Below the pieces are notes generated by a model. The model had not been told where the DNA came from, made no database searches, and was given only the letters and a program-made list of their open reading frames with translations. A stretch of 62,931 nucleotides of DNA, counting the filler, from Octopus bimaculoides (taxonomy: Eukaryota): NCBI RefSeq assembly GCF_001194135.2. It is 5 parts of 5 records of this genome, joined end to end, with 100 filler letters (N's around TTAATTAATTAA, not from the genome) between each part and the next. Parts side by side here need not be neighbours in the genome. Positions count along the whole stretch, not along the records: positions 31,163 to 39,243 come from NC_068983.1; positions 39,344 to 56,262 come from NC_068988.1; 3 more parts are not named here. One strand, 5' to 3'. The position numbers were made by a program, and so were the translations under genes. This document shows positions 38,201 to 52,230 of this stretch, piece after piece (the stretch's first letter is position 1; each line of letters starts with the position of its first letter).

Positions 38201-38723
38201 GAGACCTCTGGAGATATGCTGTGACTGCGAAGACCTTGCAAATAAAGTGTGTTCACAGCTCTATCCTACACCAGTATTGCATAACCAGCCCCAACCCATT
38301 CAAAAGTACCTTGGATTGTAGGGCGACCTGCTGTGCTTGAGGAGACCTATTATATACAGCAACATCAAAATGAAATTCAAATGGAAATTGTAGTTGTGAC
38401 ACCTGTGTCAGTGGCACGTAAAAAGCACCATCCGAACATGGCTGATGCTAGTACCGCCTTGACTGGCTTCTGTGCTGGTGGTACGTAAAAAGCACCAACT
38501 GATTGTGGCCGTTGCCAGCTTCCTCTGGCCCCTGTGCTGGTGGCCTGTAAAAAGCACCCACTACTCTTACGGAGTAGTTGGCGCTAGGAAGGGCATCCAG
38601 CTGCAGAAACACTGCCAGATCAGACTGGAGCCTGGTGCAGCCTCCTGGCTTCCCAGACCACGGTCGAACCGTCCAACCCATGCTAGCATGGAAAACGGAC
38701 GTTAAAGGATGATGATGATGATG
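35260..38723 (+). mobile_element. RTE-type LINE copy 2, near full-length ORF, dead, with 3' UTR and (GAT)n tail
   Basis: RVGTVNVGTL...CCIQEVRW, GDFNGH, SQIDLIL, QFGFVPGRSTTDA, FVDLEKAFDRVP, HQGSVLSP, LYADDL, YLGD, GRLRKTW in order, with several stops, frameshifts and an internal deletion near 37778. Confidence 0.95.
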
Positions 38724-39113
38724 ATATATATATAATAAAATTCATTGCAGTAATTAGGTAGTATTTTTTTTCCTTTTTAACATGATTGCATTTCATCTTA
38801 TTGCTCTACTTTACACATTCCATTATTGATGTCCAACCTTCAGTTATGTTCCATGTCTTACTAACATTCTTCCGACATGCATGTCATATGTATACTTACG
38901 CATATACTCTATAGAATTTATGCTACAATGATATCAACCAATGTAAAACATGTTATCTTAAAAATAGGGTACTCGAAAAGTATATATATATATATATATA
39001 TAGCGAAGGTAAAAAATACGTACACCCGGTGCTTAGGATGCTTATGTTACGCCGAAAACTGGTGTGCGTATTCTTTACCTCTACTTATATATATATATAT
39101 ATATATATATATC

Positions 39114-39152
<39 letters not shown>

Positions 39153-39343
39153 TTCTACCCATATATATATATACTTCAACATACACATAAAACATACAAG
39201 TTCAACTTTCATACTAATACGATTTCGACTTTCCTTAGCAACTNNNNNNNNNNNNNNNNNNNNNNNNNNNNNNNNNNNNNNNNNNNNTTAATTAATTAAN
39301 NNNNNNNNNNNNNNNNNNNNNNNNNNNNNNNNNNNNNNNNNNN

Positions 39344-39376
<33 letters not shown>

Positions 39377-39378
39377 GT

Positions 39379-39810
39379 CAGACGTGGCTGTGTGATAAGA
39401 AGCTTGCTTCTCAACCACATGATACCGAGTTCAATTCCAGCACGTGGCACCTTTGGCAAGTATACTCTACTATGCCCTCGGGCCGACCAAAGTCTTGTGA
39501 GTGGGTGTAGCAGACGGAAAGTGAAAGAAGCCCATCGTATATATATATATGTCTATGAGTGAGTATGCGTGTGTGTGTGTGTGTGTGTGTGTGTATATTT
39601 GTGTGTCTGTGTTTGTTCCCCTACCATCGCTTGACAACCGATGTTGGGTGTGTTTATGTCCCCGTAACTTACCAGTTCATCAAAAGTAAACGATAGAATA
39701 AGTAGAAGCCTTAGAAGGAATAAGTCTTGGGGTCGATTTGTTCGACTAAAGGCTGTGCCCACATGGCTGCAGTCAAATGACTGAAACAAGTAAAACAATA
39801 GAAGAATAAA
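39379..39810 (+). mobile_element. Full-length SINE family B
   Basis: GTGGCTGTGTGATAAGAAGCTTGC head, GGCACCTTTGGCAAG box, (TG)n interior and GCAGTCAAATGACTGAAACAAG tail. Confidence 0.88.
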
Positions 39811-40385
39811 ATATTATATATATTTTATATTATATTTGTTTTCTATATATATATATATTTCTTCACATATAANNNNNNNNNNNNNNNNNNNNNNNNNNNN
39901 NNNNNNNNNNNNNNNNNNNNNNNNNNNNNNNNNNNNNNNNNNNNNNNNNNNNNNNNNNNNNNNNNNNNNNNNNNNNNNNNNNNNNNNNNNNNNNNNNNNN
40001 NNNNNNNNNNNNNNNNNNNNNNNNNNNNNNNNNNNNNNNNNNNNNNNNNNNNNNNNNNNNNNNNNNNNNNNNNNNNNNNNNNNNNNNNNNNNNNNNNNNN
40101 NNNNNNNNNNNNNNNNNNNNNNNNNNNNNNNNNNNNNNNNNNNNNNNNNNNNNNNNNNNNNNNNNNNNNNNNNNNNNNNNNNNNNNNNNNNNNNNNNNNN
40201 NNNNNNNNNNNNNNNNNNNNNNNNNNNNNNNNNNNNNNNNNNNNNNNNNNNNNNNNNNNNNNNNNNNNNNNNNNNNNNNNNNNNNNNNNNNNNNNNNNNN
40301 NNNNNNNNNNNNNNNNNNNNNNNNNNNNNNNNNNNNNNNNNNNNNNNNNNNNNNNNNNNNNNNNNNNNNNNNNNNNNNNNNNNNN

Positions 40386-40422
<37 letters not shown>

Positions 40423-40430
40423 GTGTGTGT

Positions 40431-40760
40431 ATTATCTTTTACATCTTTCAATCAGTAGACTACGGCCACGCACGATTTTAGCCGAGCGAATTGTCCCCAG
40501 TCCTCTTTCGTCTAACCTCGGATATTAAGCAGTGGCGAGGTCAAACGCAGGTACAAAGAAATGCTCACACACATACACACATATACGCACGTGCGCACCC
40601 CACCACCCACGTATATACACAGGCATATATATATACACATATACGATGAGCTTCTTTCAGTTTCCGTCTGCCAGATCGTCTCACTTTTGTCGGCCCGAGG
40701 CGAAAGTAGAAAACACTTTCGCCAGGTGTTCCGCTGTCGTACTGAAACCAGCACCATATA
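40431..40760 (-). mobile_element. SINE family B, diverged
   Basis: CTTCTTTCAGTTTCCGTCTGCCAGAT...TTGTCGGCCCGAGGC, the reverse of the family core. Confidence 0.7.
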
Positions 40761-41180
40761 GTTATCCTTATGAAACTCTTTGCATATTTTTTAAAAATTC
40801 AATATCCTTAATTATATAAATATGATGGTTTGTGTACAAGAAGCTCTCAGTAGACATAATGAAAAATAGAAGCAGATGTTTTGAATGTTTATAAAAATTA
40901 ATATCGGCAAGTTGTTTCAACAATACTTTACACATAAGCTATTATATCGACATCATAGACGTAAACCAATGTAAGTTACAGATTGTAAAAAAAAATTGAT
41001 CAATGTCGAATAATGTAAAGTGTGTTCATGACAGAGGAATCCGTAACCTTGGTGATTTTAAATATAATCATCAGTAAATATATAAACCATGTCACCCGTT
41101 TATATGTGGGTAAGTCGCATAAACTATGGATGGGCACCCGATAGATCATTCTCGTGTTGGTATTGTATAGTATGAAGTTG

Positions 41181-41214
<34 letters not shown>

Positions 41215-41377
41215 ATGCACATGCACACACACAATATATAATTCAATTCACGCACAGGCACACATATATGCATGTATGTGTGTATGTATGTATGCATGTA
41301 TGCATGTATGTATGTATGCATGTATGTATTGCGGGCCTTGTGCCTAGAGTAGAAAAGAATGTTTGTGCGTGTGTGTA

Positions 41378-41410
<33 letters not shown>

Positions 41411-41422
41411 GTGTATGTTAGG

Positions 41423-41457
<35 letters not shown>

Positions 41458-41721
41458 NNNNNNNNNNNNNNNNNNNNNNNNNNNNNNNNNNNNNNNNNNN
41501 NNNNNNNNNNNNNNNNNNNNNNNNNNNNNNNNNNNNNNNNNNNNNNNNNNNNNNNNNNNNNNNNNNNNNNNNNNNNNNNNNNNNNNNNNNNNNNNNNNNN
41601 NNNNNNNNNNNNNNNNNNNNNNNNNNNNNNNNNNNNNNNNNNNNNNNNNNNNNNNNNNNNNNNNNNNNNNNNNNNNNNNNNNNNNNNNNNNNNNNNNNNN
41701 NNNNNNNNNNNNNNNNNNNNN

Positions 41722-41760
<39 letters not shown>

Positions 41761-41877
41761 GCATATGTGATATATATGTATAGCTGTGCGTATGTATGTT
41801 TATGTATTTGTATGTCTTTGTGTATATGTCTGTATGTATCTATATATGCATATTCATATATGTATGCATATGTATGT

Positions 41878-42115
41878 GTCACTAAAGTGACTGAGGGCAC
41901 TAGTCAACACCAGCCCTGTTAGAAATAAGAGTTAAAACAACTCATCACCACAGGAAGAACCTAAGGTGATGCGTCCTGCCCAACTCTTCGAAACGCCGGT
42001 GTTAAAATGAGGGTAGCTGATGAAGGAAAATGTTCCCTATGTGGCTTGTGTGTTTTCTATACTCTGGTTATTATTATTTTCTTGTCTACGTTTTGCTTGC
42101 AATGTCCTGTACCCA
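41878..42115 (+). mobile_element. CTGATGAAGG-family module joined to a homolog of the hammerhead-cassette arm
   Basis: GTCACTAAAGTGAC...AGAAATAAGAGTTAAAA resembles 13870-13930, followed by TCTTCGAAACG...CTGATGAAGG...GTCCTGTACCC. Confidence 0.6.
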
Positions 42116-43019
42116 GATATGCACCTATATATACAGGTAGACGTAGGTATGCACATACCTGTACGTATATATGCATATACTCATTTATTATTTGTTATAT
42201 ATATATATATATATAATTACGACTATGTATACATTCGCACGTGAGCGTATATTTTGTGTGTTAGTGTGCGTGCGTGTATATGTGTGCGCTCGCGCGTGTG
42301 CCTGTATGTCTGGACGCTAGCGCGTGTTTGTTCGTGTGTGTATGGGTGTACTCGTAGTGTACTCGTAGTATACTCATAGTGTTACAAGCATTATTTCAGT
42401 TACAGCTAGTATCGTTTTACTTTGATCATCAAAATTATCTTGATGGTAATTAATTAACAGACATCCCTTTTCCATGTACTTTTTAATATTATTTAATTCT
42501 CTAAGGTATTTCAGATAATTTCAAAATTAATTATTTGATTGATTCATTTTTGAAATGACTAATTAGAAGTCATTGAAGTCAAGTTGTACATGAAACATTT
42601 ATAAGTGTTTCATGAATATAAAATAGAAGAATTTGCAAGACACACTTTATTGGCATTAGTTGCTATTTGTTGTTAATCAATCTGAAAGAAAACCTGAATA
42701 TATTCACATATCACACAAGAAAACGTTTACAATTCCAAATTACGTTTTCTTATTCCCTTATTAACCGTTTTATTCCAGGTATTATCTGAATGAAATCTTT
42801 ATATTGCATAATTTGGCAAAGAACATTTGACGGCTACTTAGCAATGTAAATAGTTTATGTTTTATTAATATAGCCTAATTAAACCTAAGTCTATGTTTCT
42901 TTAAATATTATATTTGTGAGGTTCATAAATTTAGTTTTAAGCTGTATTATTATTAGAAAGTTATATACCTGTTACTTTGGTTAGCAGAGACTCATCTTCA
43001 GGTTTGGTGACAAGTTTGC

Positions 43020-43235
43020 TCAAATATCAAGAATCTTTCTTTTGTATTCTTACAGAATACAGGATTGCACATTTCTACAGCTCGATAATGCATATCTCAA
43101 TTCCAGTATCCTTTCGTCTTTTAGGTGGCCATTTGGATGTTGTACCAAATGCTCCAATTACCGCAGGAACAATTGTCACCTTTGTCTTCCACACTCGCTC
43201 CATCTCACTGGCAATTTCTCACTCTGGTGGTTTTG
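43020..43235 (-). mobile_element. 3' fragment of a restriction-like-endonuclease LINE (R4/Dong-like)
   Basis: EIASEMERVWKTKVTIVPAVIGAFGT...GIEICIIEL*KCAILYSVRI matches the RLE C-terminal pattern (W..K..VVPVVIGALG...ELQK..LLGT.RI). Confidence 0.78.
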
Positions 43236-43259
43236 GTGGTGGTGGTGGTGGTGGTGGTG

Positions 43260-43312
<53 letters not shown>

Positions 43313-44159
43313 ATCAATACCAAACAATGTCGATCAATGTATAAATATTTATCATCCACTTACAGCTGAAAATCTCCAATATTCCAATAATTGTTAAAAA
43401 AATCCTATGAACCAGGAACCAGCAATATCCTACTAAAAAGTTATCTGGACAGGATCTAGGGGTGTCTGATAATCAATAGAATTTTAGTATTTTTTTTTTC
43501 TCACGACACTCATCAACTATGATATTTCTTGGTTTGGTAGTGAACCGTTATTCACGTGATCAATGCAGAGATGTGTATTCACATACATGTAACGAAATAA
43601 CTTCAAATTAACAAATTTAAACATTTAATAAAACCCTGAATTCCACAGTTGTTGTTTCTGTTGTTTTAGCCCCTGGCTGATGACGGTCGAGCAGACAAAT
43701 GATCAAAATCATTCCAGTCTTTGTTGGGATTATCTCAGATTACGTCGTTCAATGTATCCTTACCTTTTTATGAGGCGGTAGGTTGCTATTTAATGCTATT
43801 TCTCGCAGATCTGATATTTACATAGGTACACCCTTGTGTTCAACGATAGTCAATATTTACTTCAAACATATTTACAGAGAATAATCATTAGAGCTCGAGG
43901 CTCTCTAGAATATATAACACTTTAGTACGTTTTCTATAAAATTGTTATTTCTCAGCCTCACTCTTCATGATAGAGTAAAACATATCGACAACTGGCTGTT
44001 TTGTCTACAACACATATTAACTTCAAAATTTAGTAGCATATTTTAGAAACACTAAAATATAATCGTATTTATAGTCGTATTTATTGGTATTAAATTAAAA
44101 CATTTCATTTCAGAGCCACAGTTAGGAACATTAAAAATTAAAAATTAAATATTGATTTC

Positions 44160-44345
44160 AAATTTTGGCACAAGGCTAGCAGTTTTGGTGGATAGTCTAA
44201 GTCGATTAAGCTGACCTCAGTGCTCAGCTAGTACTTATTTTATCGGCACCGAAAGGATGAATGGTAAAGTCAACTTTGGGGGAATTTGAAATCAGAATGT
44301 AGAAACGAGCGAAATGCCGCTAAATATCTTGCCTGATGCGCTAGG
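44160..44345 (-). mobile_element. SINE family A
   Basis: TTTTGGCACAAGG...GACCTCAGTGCTCAGCTAGTACTTATTTTATCGGCACCGAAAGGATGAA. Confidence 0.8.
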
Positions 44346-47307
44346 TTTAAATTAAATATCAACAAGTATAAAATAATCAGATGGAGCAAGTGAATCTATG
44401 GGGATGAAGAATTTCTTTACGCAATCATCTGTTTTCAGATTTGATTCTATTCCATCACACTTTAGGCAGATGTCTTCTAATGTTAGATTTAGGTCAACTT
44501 ATACTTTGCAAGTAAAATTTGGAAGCTGTACAAATGTCGACTAGCCTATTAGATAATCGGAAGATTTAACAACATCACGTGGTCCCTTAGGTAGATTTAC
44601 CAATATTCACACTGTTATTAGTATTCAAAGTCTCTGTAGTAAACTTGAATGTTCGACCCATAATTAGTTTTCTTTCTCTCTTGGGTGGAGGTGGTGCTAG
44701 TATTATAACTGCCATTCTACTATTTAATAAGTCGTATATTATAAAAGTAAACAAAGACAAAAGATAGTAATGCCTTTGTTATGTAGTTATTAATACAGAT
44801 AGATAAAAAGTAGGGCATTATTAGAATCATTAGTGTATAGGAAAATTATGCTTTGCAATATCCCTAAAAGTTTTCATCCTGAGTTGGAATCCCACTGAAG
44901 TCAACTTTACATTTCATCTACTCGGGGTTGATAGAATAAAGCACTCGTCAAACAGTGTTGAGAATTTAATTGATTAGTGCCATCTTTCTGCTAGAAACAA
45001 TATCTACACGAACACCATAATTTTTATTGTTCTTTCTTAAACATTCCAAAATAAGTGAGTTCTTAGTTTAATCATCTTTCTTCAGGACTTAACGTTGAAC
45101 TCAATTTTTCCAACTTTTTACCTTAACGGTAGCAACCATCCATGACTACCCGTTGCAATATCTATCAGCTACTGAAGTGATACTTACGGAAGTTGTCGCT
45201 GTTGATGATGTTTGTGTGTTTAGTTCTCAGCCACCCTTCATTGATCAAATACATTCTCGCTATGGCTATCTCGTCTTTTATGTGCCCATTTTTGTTGTTT
45301 TATTAATAAACATTGATGGAGAAGTTGGTAGGTAGTGTGAGCTATGTAGATTGTGGTCTAAATCAATTTCGGTCATCTGTAGATTTACAATAGCAACCAT
45401 TTCACTTGGTGTCGTGACAAACATCGTTGTATTGTCTTTCCTATTATAAAGATTATTGTTAAAGTAGACAATGGCGATGAATAAACCAACCAGTTCCTGA
45501 ATGTGACTTGTTATCTTCACACGAGCTTTGAAAGTTATTTATACACGGAACGTATAGTGGCTTAGTTTTCATTGAAATAACCTAAAACAATCGCAACAAA
45601 AATAACCTTATCATATCAAAACTAGATAGGTTGTCGTCTTTTGTTTATGTTTTACACACATGAAAGGAATACGTATCTTGTTTGCCAAACAATAAATTAT
45701 ACATTACTTGTGATAATACATATCACAGTTGTTATTAAACGTAACAGAGAAACTTCATTTTCACGATTGACTTTACTACATGTAATTGTGGACTGTCTAG
45801 ATAACAGCCCTTATAACATAATTTATTTATATTTCTGCTACATTTCTTAGAAATCTGACAATTGTCGATTTGAATACATGAATAACGTGANNNNNNNNNN
45901 TATATATATATATATATATATATGTATACACACACACACACACACAAACAACGTGTTCGTTTATGTGCAACTATATCTGTGTATACATATTTGTGTGTGC
46001 ACGCGTATATGTGTGTGTGTGTATTCCATTTATTATGCTTGTCTAACGTCTCAGGTTCAACTTAAGCACTTCTATGCAGTCTGTATCTTTCGTAAGAAAA
46101 ATATAACTATACATATACAAAGTATGGGGGTTTAGTTCACAGGTGATCTAAACGATTAGGTACACTAGGTAATAATTATATATATAATTAATATTATCAA
46201 GGGCAATGAGAGATATATTAGAAATTTCTACTACCAGTGGACTAGCGTGTAAAATTTAGTCAATAGACTATATATTATTCATATAAATACAGTGTACATT
46301 TAAACACTTAAGAGGCATCCATCATATGGATTACTTGCACGCTGGAAAGAACAGTTAAATTCCATACCACTATTTAGGGATAAAAGTTCGAAGGGGATGA
46401 AAAATAAAAACATTTACCATCTAACACCTGGACCAATCATTTCAGACTTATTTTAGCAAATAAAATAATTTGCTAGGCGATCAATCTGGAGTAATAATTT
46501 GTAGTTTTGAAATCAGTAGTTCTTTGACTGCTATTTCTGAATTCTCAGTATGTTGGAGAAGCAGGTTACTGTCAATCCCTATATATTTATGATTATAAAT
46601 TTTACCGAAAAAGGTTTTTTTCATACTGAGCTACACGGCAGAATCGTTAATTATTAATTTTATTACTAATTGATGATTCCCTGCCCTGCATATCTACATN
46701 NNNNNNNNNATATATATATATATATATATATATACAGACAGACACATACACACAATTATTGCATTTTACTTGCCTTTTTTGCAAATAACAAATACAAATA
46801 TAAATTCATAGGATTCAATAGAATTGCCTACAATTAATGCAATTTGAGTTGATGATATATTGTAGAGGAAAAAAAAAACTATTGAAATTTGATATATTCT
46901 GGAATGCTCGTCACACTTTTACAACAGCGTCAAGAAATGCAATGTATAAAGGGGTTAAATAGTGAAATTGTACCAATACCGGATGTAGAAACATTTAAAT
47001 ATTTATATTATTTTGTATATCTTAATGCTAGAAAGAAAAACAGAAAGGTTTCCAAGGATTTCCTATGCCTTGACAGTTTCCGTTTGTAAATATCTTTTAA
47101 GCTTTCATAAAAAAAAATTAGCAAAGAATCAGATAAAACAATAAAGATGATTCTTTCTCCATATCATACTTTAGTGGGAATAGAATTAAATACTGACCTT
47201 ATTGATCTGTATAGATTATTAAGGGTTCAAGATACACCCCAAGGCATGGCCGAGTGGTTAAGAAGTTCGTTTCGTTTTATGTATTTGTAGTGATTTATCA
47301 CTCTGTA

Positions 47308-47516
47308 GCAAGCTGGCAGAATCATTAGCAATCATGGCAAAATGCTTAAAGGCATTTCGTACATCTTTACGTTCCGAGTTCAAATTCCACCGTGGTCGAC
47401 TTTACCTTTCATACTTTCGGGCTCGATAAAATAAGTACAAGTTGAACACCGGAATCGATGTAATCGACTTAACCACTTCCACGAAATTTCTGGCCTTGTG
47501 CCAAAATTTGAAACCA
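47308..47516 (+). mobile_element. SINE family A
   Basis: AGCTGGCAGAATCATTAGC...GAGTTCAAATTCCACCGTGGTCGACTTT...GGCCTTGTGCCAAAATTTGAAACC. Confidence 0.85.
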
Positions 47517-48317
47517 ATTTATCACTCTGTTTAGAGATTAACTTTACAGCAAGCACAGGAAACCGAGTTTGCAAGAACAGGAAGCCGAGGTTCAATTCCT
47601 GAGTGAAACAAAAGGAATAAGGTTAAGCAGGCAGGAAATTATCAGAAATATACCCACATGATCATACAGATAAGCTTATTCAGTTCTTAATATAATTTGC
47701 CGTTCATACAATGCAAGCAAGAAGGAAAATAAGCAGGAAAAAGAGACTGGGAAATTAAGGGACGTATGGAATAGAGAAAATGTCGTTGTTGGGTTTTGCC
47801 TACGGGTCTCTGTATCCTTAGCAAAGACTATCTTCGACTATTTTCCTGGCTGTGTTATGGGATTTTCTTCTGTCACTCATTCCCTTGTTGACTACTTCTA
47901 GTACACACGTGCGTGTGTGAGTGTGCATATATGTATATATATATATATGTACGTATGTATATGTATGTATACAACAAGTATGCCATTACAGGGATTTACC
48001 TGTATCAATAGATATCGAATCTTATGTAAGACACGATACATATAGACAGAATTACATTCCTGAAAACTCATAAAAACTTTAATAAAATTATACACATTTT
48101 AAATTTACAACGTATTCACTTCTTTATTGAGTTGTGGACGGTTTGATTTTAATTTGTGAAATATACTGCATACATACATACATACATACATACATACATA
48201 CGTACATACGGGTACATGCCCATATATGCAAACATACTCATAATATATAGACGTACACGCACATATGCATATACACTTACATATTATGTGTATACATATG
48301 TAGATGTATACACACGT

Positions 48318-48356
<39 letters not shown>

Positions 48357-50829
48357 AAAGAGTTAAGGGAAATAACTCAAATAGGTTCCTGTGATGAATC
48401 TGAATCTATATAATTTAAGTAGGTAATGATGTACAAAATGACGTACGGATTCAAATATTGCAAATAAATGGAGAGTTTCTATTTATAGAAAGAAAATTAT
48501 ATACCCGATCTTAATGTTGAGCAACTTCTAAAAATGAAGAGGGAGAGAGATACACACACACACAAAGACAGACAGACAGACAGAAAGATAGAGGGGAAAG
48601 TGTGATAGGGAGAGAGTGAGAGAGAGAGAGAGAGATTTCTTAAATTTTAATTACTCGAAATTATTCTCCTTTCGTCTTTAAAAGTTGCTGGCCATTACCT
48701 TTTTGTTTTTTTAATTTTTTAACAATTACGCTGTAAATTTCCAATCACTGAGAATTCTTTGAGCCTGCCATACAACGCCGTATGACCTACTTGTATTACA
48801 TATATGTGAGTATTTATGGTTTTCTGTATCTGTGTGTTTGTATGTGTCTATATATATATAGTAGTATTGATGTTTGAAGTATGTGCTTGGCGTCAAATTT
48901 TAGTCCCTTATTTGCAGTGATATACATAGCTATAGCTCCTCATCTCATTCACTGAAACTAAATTCTAATGTTTGACAACAAGATTTACTTGTTTTCCATA
49001 CAATACTTTACAAGGTCCTACATCTTGATAAACTGGTCCTGACACTATCTTTTAGCATCGTTCACTTCTACTCTGTGTATAAAGATCTTTTCTCCTGATA
49101 CACCAGACATGAATAGCTTTCTTTGTCAGCGTCTAATTTTCCTTTGGATTTTCATTTATTTTATTGTCGTCATCATCGTCGTCGTCGTTGACGTCGTAGT
49201 CATCATCATCATCATCATAGCCATCGTCATAATCATCATAGTCATCGTCATGATCATCCTCTATTTTGCACCTGTTTTATTTTTCCCTCTTAGCTTTGAT
49301 ATGATGTTGATGGGTTATGTAAACCTCAAGTCTTTAGATAAAGTAAACATATCGCTTTTGGCAAAGCAATTATCTTGTTGATCAATAAAGTGAATTAACA
49401 TATGAAGGATACAACAGAAAATGTGAGAACAGTATTACAGTAGAGCATGCATGCATGTGTGTGTGTGTGAGAGAGAGAGGGGGGAGGGACAGAAACGGAG
49501 GGGGAGATAGAGGGGTCATGAGAGGGGGAGATAGAGGGGTCATGAGAGGGGGAGAGAAGGAGAGAGAGATGAAGGGGGAGGGGGAGAGTGTGTATGTGTA
49601 TGGTAGTGGTGGAGGGAGAGAGAAAAAGGGTTTGTGTTAATCTAAAGAGACAGCTCTAACTATCAAGATCATTATTATTGCCATACACCATTAAAGAACA
49701 GGCATTTCGTATTTACTGACATGTATGGCATTATAAAGACTAAGAGACATGGAACGTGTCTTTGCTCAATTATATCTATACCTTTTTATCGAAGCATAAG
49801 ACCAATTTTTGAAAGTATTGTATATAGCTAATTGAATCTATCCTCGTATATTAATTACGCGTTTCTTATTACGAAACTCGGACTTGTTTCTGTCCTTGTT
49901 TATTATTGCTTAGCCTCGGGTCAGTTCTGACAAGCAGAGCTATAATCGAAAACATTCCAAAATTATATTGTCTAGTGTGTCCTCCTACATTTAAGACGGT
50001 GCGTTGCGATATGAGGGAATGTAACTGCTATTTCTAGGTAAAGCGTGTAGGATATTGGCAATTTAATTCGTCCAATTATACAGTATAGATAACAGAATAC
50101 CATAATAGAATATAGGTAATTCAATCCATCCCAATATAGGGTAAGTAAAGGAATACAATGACAGAGTATAGAAAACCGAATCCGACCTTATGTAGAATAT
50201 ATAGCTCCTCATCTCATTCACTGAGTACCTTATGTAGAACACATGGTGTTCTTTTGACTACTGTAGAATAGAATGTAAAGCCGATCAAAGTAGCTCCTAC
50301 AATCAAAACATAGAGGCTGTCTATGACACTAACTTCAGTAAGATTTGGTTTAACGATTAACTCTTTTTATCATCTCATGTTTTTCCTTATTCCAATATCA
50401 TCAAACCTTCACTTAAAATGACTTAGTAGCTATATAGCAAAACTGTATAACTATGATAAACACTATGTACTTTACACTTTGTTTCATTTCTTGCATTCAT
50501 TCCAAAGTTCCTTCTAATCCAAGTGTCAATTTTTTCACTATCTTCCTCATTATACAACCAACCAAAGTAATATTTAATATGGGAGATGTCGTATAGCAGA
50601 GAGTGCCGAATAAAATGACTTTCAGTATTTAATTACTTCATTTGTTTTGCTTCAAACATTGCCGCGATAGTCTATTTCTCCCCTAACCTATATATCTGTG
50701 GTTTTGTGTCAATATTAGAAATCGATAGCATATTTGTCAAGTAGTGATAGAAATAGCAGGACACAAGTGTAGTTCTCTAGAAAGCTAGTAGTTACTTTAT
50801 AGAGGCAGCCACAGTGATAAAGGGAATAT

Positions 50830-51030
50830 TGATTTTGAAGATTGGCACAAGGCCACATAATGTGGGAGAGGAGTACAGTCGATCAAATCAACCTCAGTGC
50901 TTGACTGCTAGATATTTTATAAACCCCGAAGGATGTCGACTTCGGCAGAATATTAACTTAGATGGTAAAGAGACATAACTCAATATCGGATGGCATTATG
51001 CCCGCTACACTTCCAATCCCGCCATCTTAT
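50830..51030 (-). mobile_element. SINE family A, diverged and internally deleted
   Basis: TTGGCACAAGGCC...GTCGATCAAATCAACCTCAGTGC...CCCCGAAGGATGTCGACTTCGGC. Confidence 0.65.
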
Positions 51031-51892
51031 TACCCTACTAGGTCGGTTTATTTATAGCTGTACGTGGTTTATCATTAGATGTGTATATATTAAATATATG
51101 TAAGTACACGTCTCATTATTGCTTTTTGTCTACTTTGAGGCATTAAAGGTGTACATATATATTCAAGACTAAATCTTTCTTATGTATCAAATAATGGTCG
51201 AAGAAATGGAAAGTTTCGAACAAAGAGATTTTGTATGGCATATTTGATTCCCGGTAGATGTTTCACTTACTCCTGTATGTCCTGCAGAAAAAAGCATGAC
51301 TCTTTCGACCTCCCATAGAGCGTACTCAGTGAAGTTACTGTAAGGTTACTCATCTCTAACCACAAAGGAAGATCAGTTTGTTGTTTATCACAGTGGTATG
51401 TTACATAAGTGTGTGAATGTGTGTAAGAGTGCGTATGTATGTGTATATGTAGTATATATGTACAGCCGTGTGCATATATGAATGTATTGGCATATCATTG
51501 TGTATGTATATATGTGTATGTGTATGCGCGTGTATGTGAGTGTTCATGTTGGAGGGTGGGGTTATTCAACTTAATATAGCTGAATATTATTTATAGATAA
51601 TCGTTTACTTGCTCGTTTTTAAAGAAATAAAAAAAATCATCAGCAGAATAAAGTATCAAAACATTGACATAAATCAATATAAAATATTTTAACAAAATAC
51701 AAATGATTTCCGTTAAGAGGATGATAATTTTTTTGTTTAAAAACCAAAGCTTATAAAATTAAATACTAAATACTTAAGCTCTTGTGCTGAAAAAAAAAAA
51801 AAAATTAGAAATATAAAAGCGACAAATTTGTTTATTAAATATCATTAGCTACGTACAAATGCTTGAAATAGTATTTCTATGTATATGTGTAA

Positions 51893-51924
<32 letters not shown>

Positions 51925-52099
51925 ATGTGTGTGCGTGTGCGCGTCTGCTTGCAAATTCTATATTACAGTGTTTTGTCAAAGCCTTGCGGAAAATTTTAGT
52001 ATCGTAATGATCAAGGAATATAATAGTTACATAAAGGTGCGAAATGTTTAAGTTCAAATCTGCAATCCAACTAAGTAGTCTGTGTCCTTACCACATGCA

Positions 52100-52100
52100 A

Positions 52101-52151
<51 letters not shown>

Positions 52152-52152
52152 C

Positions 52153-52199
<47 letters not shown>

Positions 52200-52230
52200 C
52201 TGTAGTAGTAGTTGTCGTTGTTGTTGTTAT
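52100..52230. repeat. (TAG)n microsatellite grading into (TTG)n
   Basis: Read directly. Confidence 0.9.

Noticed and set aside
45188-45520. Minus-strand 80-aa ORF and a nearby GTAAGTA donor
   Set aside because: The ORF stops before the donor, there is no convincing acceptor for the open frame, and no family is recognised.
47240-47275. tRNA-like start GGCATGGCCGAGTGGTTAAG
   Set aside because: No cloverleaf or T-arm follows. It is a SINE head fragment, not a tRNA gene.
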